Shown here piece by piece: positions 10,084 to 19,866 of a DNA stretch of 64,000 nt. Source of the DNA: an uncultured Armatimonadia bacterium (GTDB taxonomy: Bacteria; Armatimonadota; Zipacnadia; CAVVLO01); NCBI GenBank assembly GCA_963749155.1, contig CAVVLO010000001.1, forward strand, positions 896,001 through 960,000, written 5' to 3'. Under the pieces are notes generated by a model that saw only the letters and a list, made by a program, of their open reading frames with translations, did not search any database and was not told where the DNA came from. The position numbers and the translations under genes were made by a program. How positions within the stretch are numbered: the stretch's first letter is position 1; each line of letters starts with the position of its first letter.

Positions 10084-11597
10084 TGGCGCTCTCTCTTAGA
10101 GTCCCAGAATTCGAACTCATCCGCGATGAGAAGAAGTGTATCGGCTGCGAGGTCTGCGTCCGCCAGTGTTCTAACGAGGTGCATACCTGGGATGAGGCTA
10201 ACGAGCAAGTGCTTACCGATCCGATGGCCTGCGTGGCTTGCCAGCGCTGCATTACCATGTGCCCGACTCACGCTCTGCGTCTGAAGAAAGTCCCAGTCGA
10301 GTGGCGCGATAACCCAAGCTGGAATGGCAAGGCTCAGCAGGATATCTACAAGCAGGCCGAGAGCGGTGGCGTATTGCTTGCCGCGATGGGCACCGATATG
10401 GAATATCCAATCCTCTGGGACAAGCTGGTGCTAAACGCCTCGCAGGTGACCAATCCCTCCATCGACCCCCTGCGCGAGCCGATGGAATTGCGAACTTATC
10501 TTGGACGTAAACCTGACCGCGTAGAAATGGATTTCTCTACTGGCGCGCCAATCCTGAAGACTCGCCTGGCGCCTCAGCTCGAGCTGTCGGTGCCGGTGAT
10601 GTTCTCGGCGATGTCCTATGGCTCGGTCAGTTACAACACCTGCCTCTCGCTGGCCCGTGCCGCGGTCGAAGTTGGCACTTACTACAACACAGGCGAGGGG
10701 GGCTTGCACCGCACGATGCGCAAGTTTGGCCCTCGCACCATTGTCCAGGTCGCCTCTGGCCGGTTCGGAGTCGATGCCGACTATCTCAACGTCGCCGCGG
10801 CTATCGAAATCAAGATAGGCCAGGGCGCCAAGCCAGGCATTGGTGGTCATCTGCCAGGCGAGAAGGTCAGCGACGAGATCTCCAAGACCCGTATGATCCC
10901 CGAGGGGACGGACGCCATCTCGCCGGCGCCGCATCATGACATCTACTCCATCGAAGATTTGCGACAGCTCATATATGCGCTCAAAGAAGCGACTCGCTAC
11001 GAGAAGCCTGTTTCTGTCAAAATTGCCGCTGTGCATAACGTTGCCGCCATTGCCAGTGGTTGTGTCCGGGCGGGAGCTGACATTGTAGCCATCGACGGTA
11101 TCCGGGGCGGCACCGGCGCCGCGCCCAAGGTCACGCGCAACAGCGTCGGTATCCCCATCGAGCTTGCGCTGGCTGCGGTGGACGAACGCCTGCGCCAGGA
11201 AGGCATCCGGCACGAGGCGTCTCTGGTCTGCGCTGGCGGTATCCGGAATAGTGGCGATGTCGCCAAAGCTATCGCGCTGGGCGCCGACGCCGTTTATATC
11301 GGTACTGCCGCTCTGGTCTCGCTAGGTTGCCATGTTTGCCAGCATTGCTACAGCGGCAAGTGCAACTGGGGAATCGCCACTCAGGATCCAGCGCTCACGC
11401 GCAGGCTTAATCCCGATATGGGGGCTCGCCGCGCGGCCAACCTGCTGCGCGCCTGGAGTCACGAAATAAAAGAACTGCTCGGTGGGATGGGCCTTAACGC
11501 GCTTGAGAGCCTGCGCGGCAACCGGGAGGCCCTGCGTGGCATTGGCCTTTCGGACACCGAATCCGAGATCCTGGGCGTCAAGCCCGCCGGGAGATAG
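10083..11597 (+). CDS. Glutamate synthase FMN-binding subunit with N-terminal 2x[4Fe-4S] domain (GltB2-like)
   Basis: CIGCEVC and CVACQRC; AMSYGS, NTGEGG, QVASGRFGV, EIKIGQGAKPG.GG.LPG.KV, ISP.PHHDIYSIEDL, C-X5-C-X4-C. Confidence 0.93.
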   Translation: MALSLRVPEFELIRDEKKCIGCEVCVRQCSNEVHTWDEANEQVLTDPMACVACQRCITMCPTHALRLKKVPVEWRDNPSWNGKAQQDIYKQAESGGVLLAAMGTDMEYPILWDKLVLNASQVTNPSIDPLREPMELRTYLGRKPDRVEMDFSTGAPILKTRLAPQLELSVPVMFSAMSYGSVSYNTCLSLARAAVEVGTYYNTGEGGLHRTMRKFGPRTIVQVASGRFGVDADYLNVAAAIEIKIGQGAKPGIGGHLPGEKVSDEISKTRMIPEGTDAISPAPHHDIYSIEDLRQLIYALKEATRYEKPVSVKIAAVHNVAAIASGCVRAGADIVAIDGIRGGTGAAPKVTRNSVGIPIELALAAVDERLRQEGIRHEASLVCAGGIRNSGDVAKAIALGADAVYIGTAALVSLGCHVCQHCYSGKCNWGIATQDPALTRRLNPDMGARRAANLLRAWSHEIKELLGGMGLNALESLRGNREALRGIGLSDTESEILGVKPAGR

Positions 11598-11607
11598 GAG
11601 AAGCCTT

Positions 11608-12069
11608 ATGAAACGTATTCTGGCCAGGAAGGAACTCTGCGTAGGCTGTCGCCTCTGCGAGGTGCATTGCACCGTCGCTCACAGCCGAAGCAAAGATATC
11701 GTTAAGGCTTTCAAAGAGGAATTTCCGCGTCCTAAATCCGCTGTCAAGGTCGAGGACGCTGGTTGCACCTCGATGGCTCTTCAATGTCGTCATTGTGATG
11801 AGCCACACTGCATCCAGGCCTGTATGACTGGCGCCATGCACCGCGATGAGAGCGGCGCTGTGGTCTGCGACACCACGAAGTGCGTCGGTTGCTGGATGTG
11901 TGTAATGGCCTGTCCCTATGGGGCCATCCAGCGTGATGTAGAGGGCAAGGGCACTGTCTCCAAATGCGACTTGTGCGCCGAACTCGGAGAGCCGGCCTGC
12001 GTGAAGAACTGTCCCAACGAAGCCCTTATCCTCGTAGAGGTCGAAGAAGAGGTGACGCCAGGTGTATAA
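11608..12069 (+). CDS. 4Fe-4S dicluster ferredoxin-type subunit (CooF/DmsB-like)
   Basis: CVGCRLC, CRHC..P.C..AC, CVGCWMC..ACP, KCDLC...PACV..CP; AGGAG RBS before ATG 11608. Confidence 0.9.
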   Translation: MKRILARKELCVGCRLCEVHCTVAHSRSKDIVKAFKEEFPRPKSAVKVEDAGCTSMALQCRHCDEPHCIQACMTGAMHRDESGAVVCDTTKCVGCWMCVMACPYGAIQRDVEGKGTVSKCDLCAELGEPACVKNCPNEALILVEVEEEVTPGV

Positions 12070-13348
12070 GCATGCCCTGATTGGCAACTCGGCCGCCGCA
12101 GTTGGCGCCATCGAAGCAATCCGCAAGGCTGGGGATACTGGCAGCATCGCCGTCTTCTCGGATGAACCCTGGCGCGTCTATTCGAGGCCACTTATCTCTT
12201 ACTTGCTGGCACATAAAGTTACCCCCGAGAAGATGTATTATCGGCCGGAGAGTTTCTATGAGAAGTTGACCGTCGATACCTTCCTTGCCGATGCGGTCAC
12301 TGCTCTGGATGTCGAAGCGAAGACTTTACAAACCGCGAAAGGCGAAGACTTTGGTTTTGAGAACCTGCTTCTCGCCACTGGTGGAGTCCCCTTTGTACCG
12401 CCAATGCCTGGCGTAGAGCTTAAGGGTGTCTATACCTTCACCAAATGGGCGGACGTCCTTTCGATAGAAGAATACCTGACCGAGCACAAGCCCACCCAGG
12501 TAGTTGTTATAGGCGGTGGCCTTATCGGCCTGAAGTCGGCTGAGGCGCTTATCCGCAGAGGCTTCTCGGTCACGATTGTCGAACTCGCGGACCGTATTAT
12601 GAGTGCCGCCTTCGACAAGACAGCCTCTGACCTGGCCAGCGAGATACTCCAGTCCAGCGGTTGCCGGGTTATCACTGGCGACACCGCCGAAGAGCTTGTT
12701 GGTCAGGACGGCCGCATCAGCGAGGTGCGCCTGAAGGGAGGCGAAATACTGCCTGCCCAGCTCTGCGTCGTAGCCATTGGCGTGCGGCCCAACACCGAGC
12801 TGCTTAAGGGCTCTCCCCTCGAGATAAACCGGGGCATCGTCACCGACCACCGGATGGCTACGAATGTGCCGGGCGTCTGGGCGGCGGGCGACTGCGCCGA
12901 AGGGCCCGACCTCTTGCTTGGTATCAAGCGGCCTATTCCCATCTGGCCGAACGCCTATATCCAGGGCAAGGCCGCTGGGCGCAATATGGGCGGCGATCCC
13001 TTCGAACTCGATGGCACCTTCGTGATGAACTCTATCGATGTAATGGATATATCCACTATCTCGGCAGGCACCACAGACCCGGGTGACGACCCAGAGGCCG
13101 AGATTCTGGTCGAGCTTGATATGGCCACGCGCAAGTATAAGAAGCTTGTTATCAAAGACAACCGCCTCATCGGTATGGTAGTTTTCCGCGATGTGGACCG
13201 AGCTGGCCTCTACACTGGGCTTATCCGCACGAAGACCGAAATCGGCAGCTACAAGGACAGGTTGCTGGCCGGCGACTTCGGACTGCTTGATATGGCAAAT
13301 TATGACCATCTGGAAGAACGCGTGCTTGGGCCTGGCATTCAGGTTTAG
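12062..13348 (+). CDS. FAD-dependent pyridine nucleotide oxidoreductase (NirB/rubredoxin-reductase-like)
   Basis: IGNSAA, YSRP, LLLATG, VVIGGGLIG, T..PGVWAAGD. Confidence 0.88.
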   Translation: MYKHALIGNSAAAVGAIEAIRKAGDTGSIAVFSDEPWRVYSRPLISYLLAHKVTPEKMYYRPESFYEKLTVDTFLADAVTALDVEAKTLQTAKGEDFGFENLLLATGGVPFVPPMPGVELKGVYTFTKWADVLSIEEYLTEHKPTQVVVIGGGLIGLKSAEALIRRGFSVTIVELADRIMSAAFDKTASDLASEILQSSGCRVITGDTAEELVGQDGRISEVRLKGGEILPAQLCVVAIGVRPNTELLKGSPLEINRGIVTDHRMATNVPGVWAAGDCAEGPDLLLGIKRPIPIWPNAYIQGKAAGRNMGGDPFELDGTFVMNSIDVMDISTISAGTTDPGDDPEAEILVELDMATRKYKKLVIKDNRLIGMVVFRDVDRAGLYTGLIRTKTEIGSYKDRLLAGDFGLLDMANYDHLEERVLGPGIQV

Positions 13349-13366
13349 GAAGCGAGGTATACTGTA

Positions 13367-14131
13367 ATGGTGGAACTAGACCAGGAAGTCTTCGAACTGA
13401 ATGCAACCGGGATGCATTACCAGCTTCTCAATGACGCCATCCATCAGGCGATTGGCGAGGGTTGGACTCATCTGCGTCTTAAGGGCGTTAACGGTCAGCG
13501 TTATATTGGGTGCGGCCTCAAGGGAGAGGAACTCCTGATCGATATCGAGGGGCTGCCTGGTAACGATTTGGCAACCTTTATGGATGGCCCCACTGTCCGC
13601 GTCTACGACAACGCCCAGGACGGCCTGTGCAATACGATGAATGCCGGAAAAGTCTCCATCTGGGGCGATGCCGGTGACGTGTTGGCCTATGGTATGCGCG
13701 GGGGCAAGCTATTCGTCCGTGGCGATGTCGGCTACCGGACAGGCATCCATATGAAGGAATACGAAGGCAAGCGTCCCCTGGTGGTGGCTGGTGGTAAAGC
13801 TGGCGATTTCCTGGGCGAGTATATGGCGGGCGGCCTGCTTATCGTCCTGGGCCTTAACGCCGAGCCTGGCGAGTCCTTGACCGGCGGCTACCTGGGTACC
13901 GGGATGCACGGTGGGTTGATCTTCTTGCGCGGCGAGGTCGAAGACTGGCAACTGGGCGCTGAACCTGGCATCACTTGCGACCTGGCAGAAGACGACTGGA
14001 CTTTGCTGCGCGAAGCAGTTGGAGAATTTGCCTCCGAATTCAATTTGGATATCGAAGAGTTGCTTGATGCGCGCTTCTCCAAGCTATGGCCCAAGTCCAA
14101 GCGTCCTTATGGCAACCTTTACGCTCATTAG
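13367..14131 (+). CDS. Glutamate synthase GXGXG beta-helix subunit (GltB3-like)
   Basis: GQRYIG, PGNDL..FMDG, NTMN.G, YGMRGG, AGDFLGEYMAGG, TGMHGG. Confidence 0.9.
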   Translation: MVELDQEVFELNATGMHYQLLNDAIHQAIGEGWTHLRLKGVNGQRYIGCGLKGEELLIDIEGLPGNDLATFMDGPTVRVYDNAQDGLCNTMNAGKVSIWGDAGDVLAYGMRGGKLFVRGDVGYRTGIHMKEYEGKRPLVVAGGKAGDFLGEYMAGGLLIVLGLNAEPGESLTGGYLGTGMHGGLIFLRGEVEDWQLGAEPGITCDLAEDDWTLLREAVGEFASEFNLDIEELLDARFSKLWPKSKRPYGNLYAH

Positions 14132-14154
14132 GTAACACCATCTCGAGCTAGTAT

Positions 14155-14190
14155 GAGCGTGACCTTAAAGGTCGCGCTCTTTGTTTTATT
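14155..14190 (+). terminator. Rho-independent terminator of the GOGAT operon
   Basis: GAGCGTGACCT-taa-AGGTCGCGCTC then TTTGTTTT. Confidence 0.75.
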
Positions 14191-14319
14191 GTGACATATT
14201 TTTATTCTGCCAGTACAAGGTTGTTGTGTTACCATACCTCTCGGTGTCACTGTCCTGGGCAGAACCGCCAGAGGCGTTAGCCTTTTCTGCCTTCATCCAG
14301 GGAAGGATCGCACTAGCAT

Positions 14320-15726
14320 ATGGAGCTACAGCTTAGACTTGCCGGCCAGGCCAAGCTCGAGCAGAAGTTGAACGCTCGCCTCGTTGTCTTCTACAGGCTG
14401 CTTCAACTCAACTCACTCGAATTGCAGCAAGCTGTCCACCAGGAGATTCTGGATAACCCAGCCCTCGAAGCTGTCGAACATGACACCCGCTGTCCCCTCT
14501 GCGGCGCCGAGCTTGCCGGCGCCAGATGCCAGGCTTGTGGTTATCAGGGACGCGAGGCGGCTCTTAGCCGGGAAGATGAACTCTATTGTAGTGCAGCCAA
14601 TGATCCAGACGAAGAATATGACCAGTTCGCAAGGCTCCCCGCCCAGTTCTCCCTGAAAGACCATCTCAAATGCCAGGTGCGTATTGTCGCGCCCAAAGAG
14701 CTTTGGCTGAGTGCCGATGCGCTAATCGAGCAACTCGATGATGAAGGCTACTACCGCGGTGATTTGGTTGCCCTGGCGGCAGAGCGAGAGACCACAGAAG
14801 AGCATCTCGAGGCGGCGCTTGCCGCTATTCAACAATGCGATCCCCCGGGCACAGGCGCCAGAAACCTGCGTCAATGCCTCACTATCCAGCTTCGCCAGAT
14901 GGACTCTCCCGAGGCCCAAAGGGCGCTTCTACTGGTCCAGAAAGGCTGGGATCGACTGGCCAGGGGTGACACGGAAAACCTTGGCAGACTGCTCAAACTG
15001 ACCGATGAGGAAGTTGAAGCGGCCGTAACTTTTGTCCGCGAAGAACTCAATCCTTATCCAGCGCGCGCTTTCCACCCGCCCTGGGGAGATCAACAGGAGC
15101 CTGAGAATCTCGTTGCACCCGAGGTTGTCATCCTCGAAGCCGATGGCGATTACAGTGTGGAGGTACTTACCTCGCGCGCCTTCGGCCTCAGGCTCAGCCC
15201 GACTTATGTGCGCGCTTACACTAACCTGCAACGCGCTCGCGGCCAGGAAGCAGAGCACGTGCGCGGGTATCTCGACCGCGCCAGACTTTTTATTGCTTCT
15301 CTAAATCGCCGCACTCGCACCTTGCACAATGTGGCGCTCGCTATTGTTGGAGAACAGAAACCTTTCCTCAAACTTGGCGCCGAGTTCCTTCGACCGATAA
15401 CTCGCAAAGCACTCGCAGAACGTATCAATATGCACGAATCCACTGTCAGCCGATGTGTTTCAGGCAAGCATGCCCTGTTACCCAGGGGCGATATCATTGG
15501 CTTCGAGCTGTTTTTTGACCGGGCCGCTCCCATCAAGACTGCTATCGAAAGCCTGGTGAAGGAAGAACCCAAAGCTCAACCGTATACGGACGATAAAATC
15601 GGTGTATTGCTCAAGGAGCGTTTTGGCCTGGAGTTCTCCAGACGCACCGTTGCCAAGCATAGACTGCTGCTTGGTATCCCCGACCGCGCCACCCGTAGAT
15701 CAATGTATAAAAGAAATTCAGACTAG
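14320..15726 (+). CDS. rpoN: RNA polymerase sigma-54 factor
   Basis: Gln/Leu-rich region I ending DNPALE, LDDEGY, DPPG.GARNL.QCL..QL, MHESTVSR, RpoN box SRRTVAKHR. Confidence 0.93.
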   Translation: MELQLRLAGQAKLEQKLNARLVVFYRLLQLNSLELQQAVHQEILDNPALEAVEHDTRCPLCGAELAGARCQACGYQGREAALSREDELYCSAANDPDEEYDQFARLPAQFSLKDHLKCQVRIVAPKELWLSADALIEQLDDEGYYRGDLVALAAERETTEEHLEAALAAIQQCDPPGTGARNLRQCLTIQLRQMDSPEAQRALLLVQKGWDRLARGDTENLGRLLKLTDEEVEAAVTFVREELNPYPARAFHPPWGDQQEPENLVAPEVVILEADGDYSVEVLTSRAFGLRLSPTYVRAYTNLQRARGQEAEHVRGYLDRARLFIASLNRRTRTLHNVALAIVGEQKPFLKLGAEFLRPITRKALAERINMHESTVSRCVSGKHALLPRGDIIGFELFFDRAAPIKTAIESLVKEEPKAQPYTDDKIGVLLKERFGLEFSRRTVAKHRLLLGIPDRATRRSMYKRNSD

Positions 15727-15730
15727 CCCC

Positions 15731-15758
15731 TAAAGTCTTCCGGTCCTTCTGCCGATAA
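15731..15758 (+). promoter_or_regulatory. Sigma28 (FliA/SigD)-type promoter
   Basis: TAAA-N16-GCCGATAA immediately upstream of a GGAGGAG RBS and GTG 15791. Confidence 0.7.
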
Positions 15759-15790
15759 CTCTTTTGAGTCTACCGGTGGAGGAGAATCGG

Positions 15791-17857
15791 GTGAAATTAA
15801 GACGCACGGATGAGCTAATAGAGCAAGCCTTCGAACGCTGCGCGCGCTTGCCAGCACTGGCAGGTGAGGCTATCGCTGCAGCTATGGATGAGGAAAAGTC
15901 AGTAGATGACCTCGCCACCCTGGTCGGTACTGACCAGGCCCTCTCGGCCAGACTGATGAGACTGGCGAACTCCCCCTCGTTAGGCCGTCCCATGCGAGTT
16001 AACGACCTGCGCACAGCGGCTTTGCTTGTCGGGCTGGATGGACTAAGAGGATTGCTGCTTGGCAGTGTGATGAACCTGGTCACTCCAGGTGGTCAGGATA
16101 CCTATACCATGCTGCTACGCTTGCAGGACCATGCCGCTGCCTGCGCGGCCCTGGCCAAAAGTCTTGCGCCCAAAGTCGCCGGAGTTTTTCCGGGCGAAGT
16201 TGCTGCTGCAGCTCTGATGCACGATTTGGGCTTGCTGATTATGCTGGATACTGACGCCGCTCTGCTTGAGAAGCTGGGCGCCACCTGCAGCGAGGCCGAC
16301 TCTGAACGACTAGCGGCAGAAAGAGCTACTTTCGGCTTTACTCACGAGGAGCTTGGGGCGCGTATTGCGTCCGAATGGTATTTGCCTTCAACACTAAGTG
16401 CCACTCTGGGCCACCATCATCATCCCCTTTCGCTGGACTTGCCTGAGGAAGACAGGGCTCTCGTCCGTCTTGTTGGGCTAAGTGATGGGCTTACATATAC
16501 AGTAGGTTTCGGTGCTTTTAGCCTGCCCCAGGCACGAACCGATAGCGAGTTGTTACAGAAATCTCTTGCGCTTACCAACGAGCAGATTGAAGCCGCTGTA
16601 AGAGAACTGCCTGAGAAGGCAACCCTCTGGCGCAGTGTCCTGATGAACAAAGAACCTGTCCAGCCTTTGCAGGAGAAAGCAGTTCGCAATCTTTGGCAGA
16701 TAAGCCTTGATTTACTCCAAAGGGCCAATGCCTCTCAGCAGTCAGTCGAACTCCTTTCCGTGCTTGCCGAACGGTGGCCGCCCTCAGGGCCTGGAGCAGA
16801 ACCTGCCAGATCTGATGCCCTCGAGCAAGTACTCGGTCCCCTGGCCATAACTGCGCAGTGCGATCATCTGGGCCTTTATCTGGCTGATGCCCGCGGTTGC
16901 AGGCCTCTTTGTTCCTGGACTGCGCCTGGCACAACTGTAACAAGTGAGGAGTTTGGTAGAGCGCTACGGGAAGGCCTTAGTGGCGAACCACTTGTTACCA
17001 ATCCCCTGCCTTCCGTTGCCGACAGACCCTGGCTAGTGCTCGCAGAGGAATGTGCTTCCGGCACCAAACTTATATTCACAGCCCGGGGAGAAGCTGCCGG
17101 GTTGCCGCTCTTCCCTCGGCAGAGCGCTCTTCTCAGTTCTTTTGCCGACCTGTTTGGGGTGATGATGCAGAAGGAACTCTCTGCCGAACGCGCAAGGCAG
17201 GCTACCGAGTTTGGCGTAGGTTTGCTCGAGGCGGCAAGCGAGGCATTGCTGGTACTCGATGGCAAGGGAAGACTGGTTTACACAAACCGAGCAGCAACAA
17301 AAGCTTTGGGATTATCAGTTGCTCCAGGTGACGAGCCGCAAGCGGCACGAGAGCTACTGAAAGCCCTTGGCCTTGCAGCTAACCATCTCGAACTCATCGA
17401 TGAGTGTGCAAGTCTCGGTTGCGACCTCGACCAACTGGTTGATATTCCGGGCCAATCCGAGGGATCGCGGACTTTTCATTTACTTGGCTCCCGGCTGCCG
17501 CTTGCTACAGGGGCTTCTGGGTATCGGCTTTGTTTCTATGACATCACAGAGCTTAGGCAGATGCACGACAGGCTGGTGGAGACAGAGCGCAAATCCTTGC
17601 TGTTCGATACCTCGGTTGCCCTTAACCATGAGCTTAACACTCCCTTGTGCGGCATCTTGATGGCCCTTGATCTGCTCTCCAGCAAGCTCGAGGGCACCAT
17701 GCCGGAAGCCCTCGAGGAGATTGACACGGTGCGCGAGATGGCTGAACGCTGCACTGATGTGCTTGCTCGCCTGAGGGGTATGGAGGAACCTCACCGTACC
17801 GAGTATATCGATGGCACTTATATGCTCAATCTCGAGAAGACATCCCATGCCAAGTAA
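15791..17857 (+). CDS. HDOD-domain signalling protein with PAS-like region and C-terminal HisKA (no HATPase)
   Basis: DQALSARLMRLANS, ALMHDLG, FGFTHEELG...W.LP (HDOD); LLVLDGKGRLVYTN and FYDITE (PAS); LNHELNTPL (H-box); start GTG 15791 after RBS. Confidence 0.82.
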   Translation: MKLRRTDELIEQAFERCARLPALAGEAIAAAMDEEKSVDDLATLVGTDQALSARLMRLANSPSLGRPMRVNDLRTAALLVGLDGLRGLLLGSVMNLVTPGGQDTYTMLLRLQDHAAACAALAKSLAPKVAGVFPGEVAAAALMHDLGLLIMLDTDAALLEKLGATCSEADSERLAAERATFGFTHEELGARIASEWYLPSTLSATLGHHHHPLSLDLPEEDRALVRLVGLSDGLTYTVGFGAFSLPQARTDSELLQKSLALTNEQIEAAVRELPEKATLWRSVLMNKEPVQPLQEKAVRNLWQISLDLLQRANASQQSVELLSVLAERWPPSGPGAEPARSDALEQVLGPLAITAQCDHLGLYLADARGCRPLCSWTAPGTTVTSEEFGRALREGLSGEPLVTNPLPSVADRPWLVLAEECASGTKLIFTARGEAAGLPLFPRQSALLSSFADLFGVMMQKELSAERARQATEFGVGLLEAASEALLVLDGKGRLVYTNRAATKALGLSVAPGDEPQAARELLKALGLAANHLELIDECASLGCDLDQLVDIPGQSEGSRTFHLLGSRLPLATGASGYRLCFYDITELRQMHDRLVETERKSLLFDTSVALNHELNTPLCGILMALDLLSSKLEGTMPEALEEIDTVREMAERCTDVLARLRGMEEPHRTEYIDGTYMLNLEKTSHAK

Positions 17858-17907
17858 CACTGAAGAAACAAAATAGAAAATCATTTTTGCCCGAGCAAAG
17901 GAAGGCT

Positions 17908-17924
17908 CTGGCACGAATCTTGCA
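17908..17924 (+). promoter_or_regulatory. Sigma54 promoter
   Basis: CTGGCACGAATCTTGCA, about 45 nt upstream of ATG 17969. Confidence 0.8.
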
Positions 17925-17968
17925 TCCAGTTCAAAGAGAGCGGGAGTCTCTTTTAAAAGGAGTAAGGA

Positions 17969-19411
17969 ATGGAATCCAGCAGAGCCAGACTGCTTGTTGT
18001 CGAGGATGACCCAAAGCTCCGAGAACTGCTAATAAGACTGACCAAAGCAAAGGGTTTTGACACTACTGCTGCCGCGACAGGGGAGGAAGCCTTCAGCGCG
18101 CTCGAACGCCAGCGTTTCGACCTGGTAATGCTGGATTTGCGCCTGCCCGATATGGCCGGCACAAAAGTCCTTAAAGCTATCTCAGGTATTGGAGAGACAA
18201 CCCAGGTGATAATAATCACTGGTTATGCCTCTCTCGAATCGGCTATCGAATCGGTGCGCCTGAATGCGGCTGACTACCTGATTAAGCCTTTTGGCATCAA
18301 GCGCCTCGAAGAAGCCCTGGAAGGTGCTATGACAAAACTGCGCAGTCATGGCAGGAATCTGCGCGAACCTGTGCGCCAGCAAGTCTGTTCTGAGCAGAGC
18401 AATCACTCCTGGGTTATTACCCCGGATTTGCGTATCGTCGGCTCTGATGTACTCGATGAAGAGGCTGCGCCTACTTTTTGCGAGGTTGCCGGCTACCTCG
18501 GTGTAGAGGAAGAAGAACTCTCGAGGTGGGTTTCCGATACTCTGACGGGCCAACGGGTAGTTCATTCCTGTGGCGAAAACCAGTCGGTCACTTGCTTTCC
18601 TCTTCATTTTGTCGGGGGCAGAGTGCTTGCCTGTATCAGTCTGGATGAGGCAGTAGAACAGCCTCCTCATCCCGATATGGCTCGCCTTGCCCGTCACGGC
18701 CAGCTCGCTGCAATGCTGGTTCATGATCTGGCTAATCCCCTTGGCATAATTGTAGGTTATGTGGACCTGCTGGGAGAGTTGGTTAATAGCGATGAGGCAG
18801 TTGGTCGATATGTTTCCAAGATGGCAAGTGAGGCCGATCGGGCGATGGGCATCATCGACGAGTTTCGGGCTTACTTTGGCGGGATGCGCCTTGATGTGCA
18901 ACCTTTCGCTGTCGAATCCTGGGCCAGGCAACTAGGCGAAGCTCTTACGGCGGCGGGCGCGACCCACGGGTGGCAAACTCGTCTGGAGGTCGCTCCTGTA
19001 TCGGTCGAGGCTGATCCCAAAGCCCTTGAACGCGCTGTAATCAACCTGGTGAAAAATGCCTTTGAGGCTGGAGGGGAGCAGACCCAGGTTCAGGTTGCCA
19101 TCAGCCCGAGCGCCGATGGTCGCTGTTCTATTGTCGTGGAAGATGATGGGCCAGGCATACCCGAGCAAGTCAGGGCCACCCTCTTCGATCCTTTCGTCAG
19201 CAAAGGCAAGAGTGGCCCTCACCTGGGACTCGGCCTTGCTATAGTGCGTGAAATAGTAGATGCCTGCAAGGGAGAGATCCGGCTTTCAGATCGAGCGCCC
19301 CAGGGCACTCGTTTCGAGCTGTTGCTGCCACAGGCTACGAGCCTGCCCCAGCCGCATGAGACGAGCGCTGCAGAACACCTCGAAGGAGTCTGGTCGACGG
19401 CAACTGGCTAA
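17969..19411 (+). CDS. Hybrid receiver-domain histidine kinase (REC-HisKA-HATPase)
   Basis: LVVEDD, MLDLRLPD, IITG, YLIKPF; HDLANPL; NLVKNA, VEDDGPGIP, LFDPF, GLGLAIV. Confidence 0.9.
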   Translation: MESSRARLLVVEDDPKLRELLIRLTKAKGFDTTAAATGEEAFSALERQRFDLVMLDLRLPDMAGTKVLKAISGIGETTQVIIITGYASLESAIESVRLNAADYLIKPFGIKRLEEALEGAMTKLRSHGRNLREPVRQQVCSEQSNHSWVITPDLRIVGSDVLDEEAAPTFCEVAGYLGVEEEELSRWVSDTLTGQRVVHSCGENQSVTCFPLHFVGGRVLACISLDEAVEQPPHPDMARLARHGQLAAMLVHDLANPLGIIVGYVDLLGELVNSDEAVGRYVSKMASEADRAMGIIDEFRAYFGGMRLDVQPFAVESWARQLGEALTAAGATHGWQTRLEVAPVSVEADPKALERAVINLVKNAFEAGGEQTQVQVAISPSADGRCSIVVEDDGPGIPEQVRATLFDPFVSKGKSGPHLGLGLAIVREIVDACKGEIRLSDRAPQGTRFELLLPQATSLPQPHETSAAEHLEGVWSTATG

Positions 19412-19491
19412 TGAATATCAACAAGGCTCCAGGAAACCAGGTGCCGTTGCGCAGAGTCTGGCTTTCTGTTATTATCGCGCTGGCTACTCAG

Positions 19492-19544
19492 CACGCTCTT
19501 CCTGCTCTGCTGCGAGCAGAGCTAAAAACCATAGGAAGGAGGTG
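19492..19544 (+). promoter_or_regulatory. Probable S6:S18 ribosomal protein leader RNA
   Basis: CTCTTCCT pairs with AGGAAGGAG (sequestering the SD), inner hairpin GCTCTGC/GCAGAGC, unpaired CC; directly upstream of rpsF. Confidence 0.55.
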
Positions 19545-19550
19545 AGCAGC

Positions 19551-19838
19551 GTGCAAGCGTATGAGCTGATGTATATCCTCGATCCCGAGGTCACTCCCGA
19601 GCAACTCGAGGAGGACCGTGCGGCGCATAAGGACTTCCTCGAAAAGACAGGCGCCACCGAGATGCAGGTCACCGATATGGGCAAGCGTAAGCTGGCTTAT
19701 GTCATAAAGCACCGGGCCGAGGGTATCTACACCCTCGTCACTTTCCAGGCAGAACCCGCAGCCGCGCACGTCATCAAGGAGAAGTTCCCAACACTTCCCC
19801 GAGTGCTTAGGCATATGGTTGTCAAAGCCGAAGGCTGA
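19551..19838 (+). CDS. rpsF: 30S ribosomal protein S6
   Basis: YELMYILDP, MGKRKLAYVI...EGIY, VLRHMVVK; GTG start after AGGAGGTG. Confidence 0.95.
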   Translation: MQAYELMYILDPEVTPEQLEEDRAAHKDFLEKTGATEMQVTDMGKRKLAYVIKHRAEGIYTLVTFQAEPAAAHVIKEKFPTLPRVLRHMVVKAEG

Positions 19839-19866
19839 TTACAAGCCCCAAGTGGAGGCGAGTGAA

